Source: an uncultured bacterium
Lineage (GTDB): Bacteria > Zixibacteria > MSB-5A5 > GN15 > FEB-12
Length of the DNA stretch: 64,000 nt
Direction of reading: 5' to 3'
Assembly: GCA_965372795.1 (NCBI GenBank)
Contig: CBDVDR010000001.1
Span: forward strand, 256,001 to 320,000
This document shows positions 42,701 through 51,470 of the stretch, piece after piece (the stretch's first letter is position 1; every line of letters begins with the position of its first letter). Under the pieces are notes generated by a model. It was not told where the DNA came from and made no database searches. It was given only the letters and a program-made list of their open reading frames with translations. The position numbers and the translations under genes are program-made.

Positions 42701-43009
42701 ACCAGTGATGATGTTAAAGGCTCACTACCGGGTAGTTATAGTTTGAATCAGAACTATCCTAATCCGTTCAACCCGACTACAACTATCAAGTTCAGTTTGG
42801 CTAAATCCGGTCAGGCTAAACTCCAGATCTTCAATATTCTGGGTGAAGTAGTCGCTACCCCGTTTAATAGCTTTGCTGATGCCGGCCAGAATGAAGTAGT
42901 CTGGGACGGTAAAGATAATAACGGAAAATCAGTCTCATCAGGTATTTACTTCTACCGCTTAACTGCCGATAATTATACCGAGACTAAGAAGATGACTCTT
43001 CTTAAATAG
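36731..43009 (+). CDS. Giant secreted surface protein: 13 cadherin/Ig-like repeats, cohesin-like and carboxypeptidase-regulatory-like domains, NYPNPFN C-terminal sorting domain
   Basis: Signal peptide; ~91-aa repeats NxAP...DxDGD.LTFS...FDWTP...Y.VTF.V.DG; QNYPNPFNPTTTI...SSGIYFYRL...KKMTLLK; RBS AAGGAG. Confidence 0.85.
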   Translation: MRTKLLFGLITFLLLTTGAAWGQTQMNLDHVEGLTPELTLTADGITPIIFHIGMNNTSGSNIKGWTNGFHVYTTTGAQWTIPASDTIGYYTGVILPSMAEQKFVNQFSVDGIGADTVGFGGFSLFAPGIPTDLNEIVWTINIGTIDPAYNGGEICLDTSFYPPAGGWSWSTPSGPVLPTWGGPQCFAIGEAASNTAPVFNPIGNKIGAENSNLTFVVSATDADLDPLTYSITSTDLPTGYTFVDGTFDWTPSFSDEGAYTVTFQVSDGTDTDEEIISITIANTNQAPILSAIGDKSTDEGINLSFPVFGSDPDGDDLTYSITSTDLPTGYTFAASIFNWNPAFDEAGVYSVTFQASDGDDTDEETITITVLNTNRAPELNAIGNKETDEGVNLNFAVTGSDPDADAVTFSITDTDLPAGYTFVGGVFDWTPGSTDDGIYSVTFEISDGLLTADETISITVIDVNNAPVFDPLADQIVSENSNLNFAVNAIDPEGDGLTYSISASDLPGGHTFVGSTFDWTPTFDDEGVYSVTFSVTDGVNPAVEQIISITVNNTNRAPVFNPIADQIVSEDSNLNFAVSATDADLDGLTYSITTNDLPGGHTFIDGVFDWTPTFDDEGIYSVTFSVTDGADAVETTISVTVNNTNRAPVLGSIGNQEIDEGALLTFTASATDDDGEALTFSITATDLPIGYTFVDGVFEWTPGFTEASVYSATIEVTDGDLTDTETISITVNDSPRWVLDPIGDKEVSENSNLTFPVPFSNPDSEILTLTASGVPVGATFDGIEFVWNTTFDDEGEYFVTFTLTDGDIVKDETISILVTNVNRAPVLTAIGDKFVDEDANLNFALAATDDDGDDLTFSISATDLPVGYTFVDGVFDWTTTFDDEGVYSATFVVSDGDDTSEETIAITVTDVNRAPSIDSPGDKIVNEGVNLNFAVTGDDPDGDGLTFSISSTNLPVGYTFVDGVFDWIPGFEDAGIYSATFQVTDGEFTAETTITIEVVNFARWSLIPIGDKEVLENDNLGFTITYSNPDSDDLTLTSTALPGTATLTGDVFDWTTTFDDAGIYPVTFTITDGVFSQDETINITVTNVNRAPEMTLIGNKETDENINLNFTVLATDDDGDALTFSISATDLPVGYTFVDGVFDWTPSFDDDGVYSATFSVTDGTDAVEEIISITVNNVNRVPVLTAIGDKTGSENSQLTFVIVGSDPDGDDLIYTMTSIDLPVEASFDVNTQTFDWTPAFGEAETYSATFTVSDGVLSTEETISIVISATNRTPVVDAIDDFNIDECDVIDVIFTSTDPDGDALALSVATLVDGMTFTDLGDGTGRFQYNPTYDSEGSYPLTLTVFDGSESVLEDFTVNVTDCLPPYILSLGSPATVPGSRVAIALTYENACELVNMTSTIGWTSELMNLDSVSFVGSNVDYLVGNSSEILAGTATINSEVGAGETNIPAGGGLFATLHFSLDAGIAENLYPITINSSQFVYDCGEGLLIADPLVINGGVLIQFTETFVCGTVIDDLGVPIEGSTVELWDDFPFAKGVQLSTTTNSFGSFAFADVAVGTFSLYAYQESYYPGIERDLNSGTTGIMITQKAVPAVVMGPEWVNLYCDFNTLNDVAVPVGTVIDAYSIDGVHAGTYYVTTEGSYGFMSVYGSDIYSGNGGILKDEPIRLFINEIEAFSGTDPTWTGNGDRIEACLSASHITTQSCELVEGWNLVSWRNDTNNDEIANVLASLGDCIEVVLGFEQGGLTYDPTLPAFSTLNEVDHLSGYWIKIAQGCATTMLEIDGAPVPAISPISLTTGWNLVSYLPEETLPTENALGSIHDNLTIALGFDGAGLTYTPNNPNATDMDDMSSCFGYWVKVTQDDILTYPGAGTPAKAVVSTAKLATDAGKNIPKSTSWVNLYSHQLTLNDISIGSGSEITAHNLNGDIIGSYTIGESGRFGFMSVYADDPTSKDVDGVVAGESFYLSVDGHKTNETFTWTQSGDRIEVAALTTSDDVKGSLPGSYSLNQNYPNPFNPTTTIKFSLAKSGQAKLQIFNILGEVVATPFNSFADAGQNEVVWDGKDNNGKSVSSGIYFYRLTADNYTETKKMTLLK

Positions 43010-43040
43010 GGATTAAACCTTATATAGGATTAACAATATT

Positions 43041-43066
43041 TTCCAGCCGGCTATAGCCGGCTGGAA
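43041..43066. other. Perfect 26-bp intergenic palindrome
   Basis: ttccagccggctatagccggctggaa; no U-tract. Confidence 0.7.
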
Positions 43067-43083
43067 TTAAATACAGGGGTACT

Positions 43084-46050
43084 GTGAAAAAAACTTCCTC
43101 ATTGATAGCAATTATTGGAATATTATTTCTATTTCTATCTATTTCAATTTCTGCTGATGTAATTCCAACAACAGAATGGACTTCATTTTTCGGTGAAATA
43201 ACTTACAATGATCAACCGGCACCAGTAGGTACGATTGTTGATGCTTATGATCCTGATGGAATATTATGCGGATCGTTTACAGTTAAAGAAGAGGGTTGGT
43301 TTGGACTGCTAAATGTCTATGGCGATGATGCCATAACTGATACAATTGATGAAGGAGCCAATACCGGTGATATAATAACACTAATGGTTAATAATCGAGA
43401 AGTTGTTATTGATTCAGGTGATATAATCTGGCAATCAAAAGTATTACCTAAACAAATAAATATTTCCTCAAGTGCGGCTGTTGCATTTTCTCTTATTGAT
43501 TTTGAGGATGTAAAAACGGGTGAACCGGGTGAAACTGTAAGATTTGAAATCGGGGTTCAAAATGATGGAACCGGGTTAGATTTTTATCAAATTGACCCAG
43601 TAAGTTCCTCTAATTGGAATATTCCAGAAACATCAGGATTTGTCTATGCACTCCCTTATGACACAGCCTATGTTTATTTTGATATCGTAGTACCGCTTGC
43701 CCCATCACCGTTTATTGATACAATTACTTTTACGGTATCTTCACCTCTTGATGCCACTCAACAGGTTGAAAAAGCTTACATCATTAAGCAGTTTGATGGT
43801 GGAATTGATATTTATGATTTTGAAGTAATCGCTATTCCAAGTGATACATCCGGTTCTCCTGATGAGACCATTGAACTAAATATTGAGATTCAAAATTTAG
43901 GTATCACCAGTGATTCATACAGTCTGACTATAAATCAATTCAGTGATTGGACTATTACACAGCAAGCTTTGGTTTCGATACTTCCAGGTCAGACAGATTA
44001 TTTAAAGTTTTATGTTACAATACCGAATGATTTTACTGTTTTAGAAAACAATATCGACTATACCATTGAATCGATTGGCGACCCCACAAAAATTTATGAA
44101 AATAGTGTTTTAGTAGCTGTGATACCAAATCCTGTTTCGGTTCTGACAGTTGTTGATCCGCCCAATAATCAAAACGGCGTTCCGGGAGAAACAGTACGCT
44201 TTTTAATCGGAACTAAAAATGACGGCACGACATCTGATTTGTATACGGTAACTGCTGCGTCGGCAAAAGATTGGAATATTACCAGTCAGGATTCTATTTT
44301 CAACACGCCGGGCAATACTGAATATGTTTATTTTGATGTGGAAGTCCCACTTCATATAGGAACCTTGACTGATACAATCACCTACACAGTATCTTCATAC
44401 ATCGACCCGACTCAATTTTACACTTCAACCGTTGAGCTTGTAAGTTCATCAGATATTTTTGTAGCATTCACGATAATTGAGCCGGCAGTAAATAAAGCCG
44501 GATTCCCGGGTGATACAATTACGTTTTCTGTCAAAGTCAGGAATGATGGAAACAGCACAGATATTTATCGGATGTCTACACAATCGATGAAAAACTGGGA
44601 AACAATTGATGACAATATGGTTTTTACCAGTCCGGGATTTATTTCAGAAGTTTCATTTAGCGTTATCATTCCTGAAGCCATTGACGCGACATACGATGTT
44701 TTAGATTATACGCTCGCCTCGATTGTCGACCCGTCTAAAACCTATAGTGGTAAAGTTATCTTAACCAGCTCTCAACAGGAAATATTCATAATGTCGGTTC
44801 TTAGCGAACCTGACGATCAACATGCAACCCCCGGAAGTACAGCTCGTTATACAATGACGGTTCGTAATGATGGGAATGCTGCTGACCTTTACAGCCTGGT
44901 TACAACTTCTGCCAGCGGATGGATGACAACTGATAGTTCAGCAATTTCAAATGAGCCGGGTGAAACAATAAAAATTTATTTTGATGTTGAAGTTCCTGCA
45001 GAAGCAACCAACGGCATGGTTGATGATGTTTTCTTCCGCCTGGTTTCAATTAATGATGAGACCCAGTTTTTGGAAGGATATGTTTATACAACCGTTGATG
45101 ATAACGCCAATGTAGTTCTTAATGCTTTCTTATCACCGGTTGAACAATCAGCTTATCCGGGTGATATTGTCAGATTTACAATAGGTGCTACCAACGAAGG
45201 AAACAGTACCGATATTTATAAGCTGACCTCATCTTCATCATTAGGATGGCTAACCGTAAATACCGATTCAACGTTTATAAGCCCCGGCGATACACAGTAT
45301 GTATCATTTGATGTATATGTTCCTGTTAATGCCGGCGATGTTGAAGATATTATATCATTCCGCCTGGAATCATACATTGATCCGGCTCAATACCATGAAG
45401 GCGTTGTAAAGTTAACAAGCTCTCGCCGAGGATTTGTTGCTCTTACAATGGTTGATTATCCTTTAGATCAATCCGGTGCTCCGGGAGGTACGGCAAGATT
45501 TTCATTTACTATTCGTAATGATGGCAATGCTCAGGATATCTATGGAATAACAGCCACAACAGCCTTAGGCTGGACAATTACCACTTTAGATAATATTTCT
45601 AATGAACCTTCACAAACAGCAGCCTTGTATTTTGATGTAACAATTCCAAGTACGGCATTGAATATAGTTGAGACGGTTATATTCAGAGTCTTTTCTCAAA
45701 TTGATGCTAATGAGTACTTTGAAGATACATTAACTCTTTCAATTCTGCCTACTGATGTTGAAGACGGTAATGGAATAGATATTCCTGATAATTTTGCAGT
45801 CAGTCAGAACTATCCCAATCCGTTTAATCCATCGACAACAATAGAATATGCCCTGCCTCAAAAATCTGAAGTTCGCTTGGATATTATTAATATTCTTGGG
45901 CAGTTTGTTGAAACTAAAAATTTAGGATATCAAGCTGCAGGCTATCATACTATTGATTTTGACGGCTCAGCCTTATCCAGCGGTATTTATTTCTACCGTA
46001 TAATAACTGACTTCGGCGTAGAATCCAAGAAAATGGTCCTGCTTAAATAA
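43084..46050 (+). CDS. Secreted protein with 7 NEW3/CARDB-like beta-sandwich repeats and NYPNPFN C-terminal domain
   Basis: Signal peptide; ~109-aa repeats PG.T..F....NDG...D.Y....W; QNYPNPFNPSTTI...SSGIYFY...KKMVLLK. Confidence 0.8.
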   Translation: MKKTSSLIAIIGILFLFLSISISADVIPTTEWTSFFGEITYNDQPAPVGTIVDAYDPDGILCGSFTVKEEGWFGLLNVYGDDAITDTIDEGANTGDIITLMVNNREVVIDSGDIIWQSKVLPKQINISSSAAVAFSLIDFEDVKTGEPGETVRFEIGVQNDGTGLDFYQIDPVSSSNWNIPETSGFVYALPYDTAYVYFDIVVPLAPSPFIDTITFTVSSPLDATQQVEKAYIIKQFDGGIDIYDFEVIAIPSDTSGSPDETIELNIEIQNLGITSDSYSLTINQFSDWTITQQALVSILPGQTDYLKFYVTIPNDFTVLENNIDYTIESIGDPTKIYENSVLVAVIPNPVSVLTVVDPPNNQNGVPGETVRFLIGTKNDGTTSDLYTVTAASAKDWNITSQDSIFNTPGNTEYVYFDVEVPLHIGTLTDTITYTVSSYIDPTQFYTSTVELVSSSDIFVAFTIIEPAVNKAGFPGDTITFSVKVRNDGNSTDIYRMSTQSMKNWETIDDNMVFTSPGFISEVSFSVIIPEAIDATYDVLDYTLASIVDPSKTYSGKVILTSSQQEIFIMSVLSEPDDQHATPGSTARYTMTVRNDGNAADLYSLVTTSASGWMTTDSSAISNEPGETIKIYFDVEVPAEATNGMVDDVFFRLVSINDETQFLEGYVYTTVDDNANVVLNAFLSPVEQSAYPGDIVRFTIGATNEGNSTDIYKLTSSSSLGWLTVNTDSTFISPGDTQYVSFDVYVPVNAGDVEDIISFRLESYIDPAQYHEGVVKLTSSRRGFVALTMVDYPLDQSGAPGGTARFSFTIRNDGNAQDIYGITATTALGWTITTLDNISNEPSQTAALYFDVTIPSTALNIVETVIFRVFSQIDANEYFEDTLTLSILPTDVEDGNGIDIPDNFAVSQNYPNPFNPSTTIEYALPQKSEVRLDIINILGQFVETKNLGYQAAGYHTIDFDGSALSSGIYFYRIITDFGVESKKMVLLK

Positions 46051-46070
46051 GCTAAAAATTACTACTTATC

Positions 46071-46101
46071 AAAAACCCGATTGTTAAAATCGGGTTTTTT
46101 T
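46071..46101 (+). terminator. Intrinsic terminator
   Basis: aaaaacccgatt-gttaa-aatcgggttttttt. Confidence 0.75.
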
Positions 46102-46195
46102 GTTGTCATAAATAAAAAAAATACCGATATATTATTATAATAATTATTGGATTTTATCTTTTGAAATAAATTTGATAGTTTAGACAGGATATTGC

Positions 46196-47194
46196 GTGAA
46201 AATAAAACATAAATCATCGGGTAAAACTGACGTCGGGCTCGTTAGAACAAATAATGAGGATAATTTTTTCTTTGATTCCGCAAAAGGGATTTATGTCGTT
46301 TGTGATGGCATGGGTGGTCATAACGCCGGCGAAATAGCTTCATTAACTGCTTGTGAATTAATTGAAAAAATCTTTAATAAATTATTCTCTGAAATAAACG
46401 AAGATAAAACTCTGGGCATTGAAGCTAATCTGCCATCAAGCGGAGATGTTTTATTAAAAGCAATCAGACTTTCAAATCGTAAAATTCATAATCAGGCTTT
46501 GATCAATGAGAGCCAGTCCGGAATGGGTACGACTGTTGTTGCCGCAGTATTGGAAGATGATTTTATCTCAATCGTTCATGTTGGAGACAGCCGGTTATAT
46601 CGCCTTGATAAAGAAAAGCTCACACCTTTGACAACGGATCATTCCTGGATTGCAGAAGTTCAACGGACCACTGATTTGTCGGAAGAAGAATTAAGCAGCG
46701 TTGTTGGGAAAAATGTTATTACCCGTGCATTGGGTGTCAAAGGAACTGTTGAAGCTGATTATTCTTTGGTCAAAGTAAATCCCGGTGATTTATTTATTCT
46801 CTGCTCGGATGGACTTTGCAGCCTGGTCCCTGATGATGATATATTTAAAAGAGCTGACAAGAACAGAGGCAATCTCGACTCGCTTGTTGATAGACTGATA
46901 GAACTTGCCAAAGAACATGGCGGTAAAGATAATATTACAGTTATTGCTATTGAAATTGAAGATGTCTTAAAAACAGTTCAACCAAATATTGAACCGTTTA
47001 CGAATTCTGAAGAAGATCAGGAAATTCTTGATATAGAAGATAATTGGCTCGAGCAGATTGAAAATACTTCAGACGAGATAATCGAGACTGAAGAAAAACC
47101 GGAACCTTCCTCACCCAACAAGCTGTTCCTATTTTCGATATTTGCATTATTTGTAATAATCGCTGTTGTAATGATTTATATGGTGGGGAATTAA
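46196..47194 (+). CDS. PP2C (Stp1/PrpC-like) Ser/Thr phosphatase with C-terminal TM anchor
   Basis: TDVGLVRTNNED, VCDGMGGHNAGE, GMGTT, HVGDSR, ITRALG, CSDGL, GGKDNIT. Confidence 0.93.
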   Translation: MKIKHKSSGKTDVGLVRTNNEDNFFFDSAKGIYVVCDGMGGHNAGEIASLTACELIEKIFNKLFSEINEDKTLGIEANLPSSGDVLLKAIRLSNRKIHNQALINESQSGMGTTVVAAVLEDDFISIVHVGDSRLYRLDKEKLTPLTTDHSWIAEVQRTTDLSEEELSSVVGKNVITRALGVKGTVEADYSLVKVNPGDLFILCSDGLCSLVPDDDIFKRADKNRGNLDSLVDRLIELAKEHGGKDNITVIAIEIEDVLKTVQPNIEPFTNSEEDQEILDIEDNWLEQIENTSDEIIETEEKPEPSSPNKLFLFSIFALFVIIAVVMIYMVGN

Positions 47195-47217
47195 TCAGTC
47201 AAAGACAAACAAATCTA

Positions 47218-47245
47218 TTGACTTATACCTGTAAGTTTATATAAT
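47218..47245 (+). promoter_or_regulatory. tRNA promoter
   Basis: TTGACT-N16-TATAAT, 13 bp before the tRNA. Confidence 0.55.
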
Positions 47246-47258
47246 TCACATCAATTAT

Positions 47259-47332
<74 letters not shown>

Positions 47333-47399
47333 TTTTTTTATTTCTGACTTCTAAAGTAAATCTATGACTTCTCAAATTACAGTTTAATGAAATAGTTCA

Positions 47400-47564
47400 T
47401 TTGAAGAAAATCAATTAATAATTTTTATTATTGGGAAGCCTTTGAAGAAAATCATTTTATAATTTTTATTATTGGGAAGCCTTTGAAGAAAATCAATTAA
47501 TAATTTTCATTATTTGGGAAGCCTTTGAAGAAAATCAATTAATAATTTTCATTATTTGGGAACC
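47400..47564. repeat. Four tandem 41-42-bp repeats
   Basis: Unit tttgaagaaaatcaattaataatttt(t/c)attatt(t)gggaagcc starting at 47400, 47441, 47482, 47524. Confidence 0.9.
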
Positions 47565-48016
47565 TATTTATCAAGTGGAAAACAATCTTCAAATTTTATT
47601 ATTTTTAAATTACTTTCTACAACTGACTCATCCAAATAACCGATTGAATTTATATTGTGATTTAAAAATTCTTTTAATTTATTCAATTTATGGAATTTTT
47701 GTGGGGGAGTAGCAAAATGTCCGGCATAAATTAATTTCAACCAATATCTTCTATATTCTAAAACAGACATATTAAGATACTTAGTGGAAAAACAAATATT
47801 TCGAGGAATATATTCGGTAAGAATTATCTCGTATTTATTTTCCAATTTTGTAGTTTGTCCGAAATATAATTTTCTAAGATCATCAGAAGAAATTGAATCA
47901 ATTTCAGATTCAATGTTTGTTACAATAGCAATTTCGGCTGTTACAGAAGATGTAATAGCAATAATGATGACAGCCAGTAAAATGCTCAATCGGGTTAGTT
48001 TAAAATATGTATTCAT
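47564..48016 (-). CDS. Small periplasmic binding-protein-like protein
   Basis: Signal peptide; IAIVTN...LRKLYFG...YWLKLIY.G...PP...SIGYLD; typical partner of the adjacent porin. Confidence 0.65.
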   Translation of the reverse strand: MNTYFKLTRLSILLAVIIIAITSSVTAEIAIVTNIESEIDSISSDDLRKLYFGQTTKLENKYEIILTEYIPRNICFSTKYLNMSVLEYRRYWLKLIYAGHFATPPQKFHKLNKLKEFLNHNINSIGYLDESVVESNLKIIKFEDCFPLDK

Positions 48017-48017
48017 A

Positions 48018-49109
48018 TTAAAAAGCCACCGCTACTGATGAGCGGAATATTTCATATTGATCATCGGGTTCAGAATCGCCAATACCATAAAAATGGTATT
48101 CACTTTTTAAGAATATTTTTTCTGTTAACGCATAATTAACACCGAACATAAGCAGCTGTTCAGCAGGATGATCTTCATGAATATCATGCAGTAGATATTC
48201 ATAAATGATAAATGGAGTTATTCGTTCTTTAAAAGTATAGGCTGTTAAAATGTAAGCGCCTTTTGTTTCTTTAAAAATATTATTAGGTATTTGCTGATCA
48301 TTCAGCAGTTCAACTTTACCATGAATTGCTTCGGATTCGATATGTAATTTACCTAAGTCTGCTTCAAATTCAATTCCAAAAACTTTTTGCCTGCTATTGA
48401 ATTCATTGCCGTTTTTCTCAGAATAAAACGAAGCCCCTACTGACATTTGTGATATTGGGAGAGTGACTACTAATCTCCCCCCGATTGCCTTATTAGGGTT
48501 ATTATCAGATGAGCCGGGCTCTTCTCCCCGCCCATTACTGATTATAAATTGGTATCGAACTTGCCATTTATTATAATACTGGGTACCTAAGAATTGAATT
48601 CCGGTCGAGGTTAAAGCGAAGTTACGATCTTCAGTTTCAGTTGCCAATTCATGTTTTCCATAAACACTATGAGGCAGTACTGTTGACAAAAAAGTAGGCG
48701 TAGCATCATGACGTTCGTTATAAATGCCAAAGGGAGTCATAAATTTACCGACCCGCACCCCAAAGTAATTAGCATATTTATATTCAAGAAAGGCTCGAGC
48801 CAGATAGATTTTTCCGGAGAAATTCCCTTCTTCGTGAGAAGGTCCATGCTCCCATTCCAATTCTGAAGTTACTTTAAAATTATGATCAAGTTTATAATGA
48901 GACATAAGATTAAAGTGGTGCTGATCAAAGGTCCAGCTTCTATTACCCTCTTGATTACTAACAGAAGCTTCCATATCAAAGAAACCATATAAATTCACTC
49001 TGGACTGTTGAGCAACGAGATCGACACTTAAAATAAGTATTAGGATTATAATTGTAGAAACTGTTTTTTTTATAAAACAAGCCATTGGCCAGCACCCTTT
49101 TAAATTCAA
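48018..49109 (-). CDS. Outer-membrane beta-barrel (porin-like)
   Basis: Signal peptide, LYGFFD, VRVGKFMTPFGIYN, NKAIGGR, LKSEYH, terminal Phe (VAVAF); start may be the internal ATG (MACF). Confidence 0.75.
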   Translation of the reverse strand: MNLKGCWPMACFIKKTVSTIIILILILSVDLVAQQSRVNLYGFFDMEASVSNQEGNRSWTFDQHHFNLMSHYKLDHNFKVTSELEWEHGPSHEEGNFSGKIYLARAFLEYKYANYFGVRVGKFMTPFGIYNERHDATPTFLSTVLPHSVYGKHELATETEDRNFALTSTGIQFLGTQYYNKWQVRYQFIISNGRGEEPGSSDNNPNKAIGGRLVVTLPISQMSVGASFYSEKNGNEFNSRQKVFGIEFEADLGKLHIESEAIHGKVELLNDQQIPNNIFKETKGAYILTAYTFKERITPFIIYEYLLHDIHEDHPAEQLLMFGVNYALTEKIFLKSEYHFYGIGDSEPDDQYEIFRSSVAVAF

Positions 49110-49393
49110 ATTCTATTTTTTCGTACTTTAGCAAATACACGATTCACCATAAATCTTATCGGGAGATTTTGTAAAAACATTTACTTCTTTGCCCATAAGA
49201 ATTCAACAATTCGTTCTAAATATTTATTTTGTCTGTTTTTGTCAAATTAGTTTAATGTGATAACGAATCACATATTATTCATATAAAGGAGTACTATCTC
49301 TTTTATTGGCATTTAATAATATGTGAGTGGTTCACTCCCCTAACGTATTAGCGGCGGGTAATTTAACTGGAACAAATAAGAGCGTGGGGACTA

Positions 49394-49458
49394 CAAAGAT
49401 ATATGTTAACCTGCCGATATTACGATTGATTGACATAAATTTATTAATTGGCTATATT
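49394..49458 (+). promoter_or_regulatory. Tandem sigma28-like and sigma70-like promoters
   Basis: CAAA-N15-GCCGATAT (49394-49420) and TTGACA-N17-TATATT (49430-49458). Confidence 0.5.
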
Positions 49459-49493
49459 TTCTCTAAGTTAAACAGAATTATTTAAAGGACCTT

Positions 49494-51365
49494 ATGAAAA
49501 ACAGAAATTTCGGCGTCAAAGATAGTATATTAAAACTTATAATTGTTACGGTCTCAATTTTTCTCTTCTCAGGAAACCTGTTTGCACAGGAAGGCATTAT
49601 TTCACTGGATCATGTCGATGGATTAATCGCTACCGATACAGTTGGAACCGATTCGGAAATTACTTTTCATATCAGATTTAATAATAACTCCGGTGTGCCA
49701 ATCGATGGCTCAACAAATGGCTTTAGAATTTATTCTCCAAACGGTGCAGAATGGACAACTACAGTTGGAACTCCAACCGGTGCAATTACACCATCAATGT
49801 ATGATGTCATTTCAGATACTTCAACCAGTATTGATGGAATGCTTGCTGATACTATTGGTTTCGGTGGAGCACGATTCTTAAATCCTGGAATTCCAAATGG
49901 TTTTAACGAAATTGTTTTTACTATTCAAATCGGTCCTATTGGAGATCAGCACCACTTGGGTACTATATGTATTGATAGTTCTTTCTATCCACAAGCCGGA
50001 GCATGGATATGGTCAATTACAGGCAATGATTTAATTCCAACATGGGATGGACCACATTGTTTTACAATTTATGATTGTGACCAAGTCGGTTTGCCAAATC
50101 CTTGTTCTGATGATGATGATGGTGATACAGTTTTGGATACTGATGATAATTGTCCCTTTGTTCCAAATCTTGACCAGACAGATACTGATGGTGACGGTAC
50201 CGGCGATGCTTGTGTGGATGATATTGATGGTGACGGTGTTATAGATGCTGATGATAATTGTCCGACTGAATTCAATCCTTTGCAAGAAGATGATGACTTA
50301 GACGGTGTTGGCGATGATTGTGACAATTGCCCGACTGAGATCAATCCATTACAAGCAGATTTTGACAATGATAATGTGGGTAACGATTGTGACAATTGCC
50401 CGGTTGATCCCAACGAATTTCAGGAGGATGCCGATGGTGACGGGATCGGTGATGCCTGTGATACCTGTACCGATACCGATGGCGATGGTTATGGCAATCC
50501 CGGATTTCCGGCTAATACTTGTGAAGAAGATAATTGTCCACTAGTTTCAAATCCAAGTCAAAATGAATTTGATGGAGATTTGGTTGGCGATGCCTGTGAT
50601 AATTGTGAATTAATACCAAATAATAATCAGGGCGATACGGATAGCGATGGAATCGGTGATGCCTGTGACAATTGTCAGACTGATAGTAACCCGAATCAAA
50701 GCGACTATGACCGTGATCAAATCGGTGATGTCTGTGATGACTGTACTGACTTAGATGAAATCACAGATCACGGTTTACTAACCGATGGATTTGGCAACCC
50801 CGGATATGATATCAGCGGGTGCCTAGAATCAACTTATGATAATTGTCCTGACAGATGGAATGAATCTCAAACTGACACAGATGGTGACGGCGTGGGAAAT
50901 CATTGTGATAATTGTTTTGAAATTTCAAACCCACTACAGGAAGATTTTGATAATGATAATGTTGGGGATGAATGCGATAATTGCCCCAATGACTTCAACC
51001 CGCTTCAGGAAGACAGTGATTTAGATGGGATTGGTGATTCATGTATCGTTGTCGGGATTGGCGATTATGATGATATGGAACTGCCTGAGAGTTTTGAACT
51101 GATGCAGAATTATCCTAACCCGTTTAATGCCGGAACAATGATTCAATATTCGGTACCGCATAAATCAAATGTTAGAATTTCTATTTATAATATACTTGGA
51201 CAAAATGTGATTACGCTTACTGACGAAGTACATTCTGCGGGGTATCATCAGATTGAATGGAATGGTAATAATCATAATGGTAGAGTCACTTCAAGTGGAA
51301 TCTATTTTTACAAGATGGAATCGACAGCAGGAACGATTTCAAAAAAACTTATCATGCTAAAATAG
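49494..51365 (+). CDS. Secreted thrombospondin type-3 repeat protein with NYPNPFN C-terminal domain
   Basis: Many DNCP...NxxQxDxDxDGxGDxC repeats; QNYPNPFNAGT...SSGIYFYKM. Confidence 0.88.
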   Translation: MKNRNFGVKDSILKLIIVTVSIFLFSGNLFAQEGIISLDHVDGLIATDTVGTDSEITFHIRFNNNSGVPIDGSTNGFRIYSPNGAEWTTTVGTPTGAITPSMYDVISDTSTSIDGMLADTIGFGGARFLNPGIPNGFNEIVFTIQIGPIGDQHHLGTICIDSSFYPQAGAWIWSITGNDLIPTWDGPHCFTIYDCDQVGLPNPCSDDDDGDTVLDTDDNCPFVPNLDQTDTDGDGTGDACVDDIDGDGVIDADDNCPTEFNPLQEDDDLDGVGDDCDNCPTEINPLQADFDNDNVGNDCDNCPVDPNEFQEDADGDGIGDACDTCTDTDGDGYGNPGFPANTCEEDNCPLVSNPSQNEFDGDLVGDACDNCELIPNNNQGDTDSDGIGDACDNCQTDSNPNQSDYDRDQIGDVCDDCTDLDEITDHGLLTDGFGNPGYDISGCLESTYDNCPDRWNESQTDTDGDGVGNHCDNCFEISNPLQEDFDNDNVGDECDNCPNDFNPLQEDSDLDGIGDSCIVVGIGDYDDMELPESFELMQNYPNPFNAGTMIQYSVPHKSNVRISIYNILGQNVITLTDEVHSAGYHQIEWNGNNHNGRVTSSGIYFYKMESTAGTISKKLIMLK

Positions 51366-51378
51366 CATATAAAAAAAT

Positions 51379-51443
51379 AAAGAGGTTTGAAATTAACAAA
51401 CCTCTTTACCTGCCGGATCCGCCCCCACGATCCGGCATTTTTT
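51379..51443. terminator. Two hairpins between convergent genes
   Basis: aaagaggtttg...caaacctcttt and tgccggatc...gatccggca-tttttt. Confidence 0.65.
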
Positions 51444-51470
51444 GTTTCCCATCAAATCTGTTATAGCTTT

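Noticed and set aside
47400..47564. CRISPR array
   Set aside because: Units are contiguous with no unique spacers; no cas genes in the window
49321..49420. Riboswitch upstream of the TSP3 gene (cggcgggtaa...ttaacctgccg pairing)
   Set aside because: No c-di-GMP or c-di-AMP riboswitch consensus recognised; the 3' arm is explained by the sigma28 -10 box
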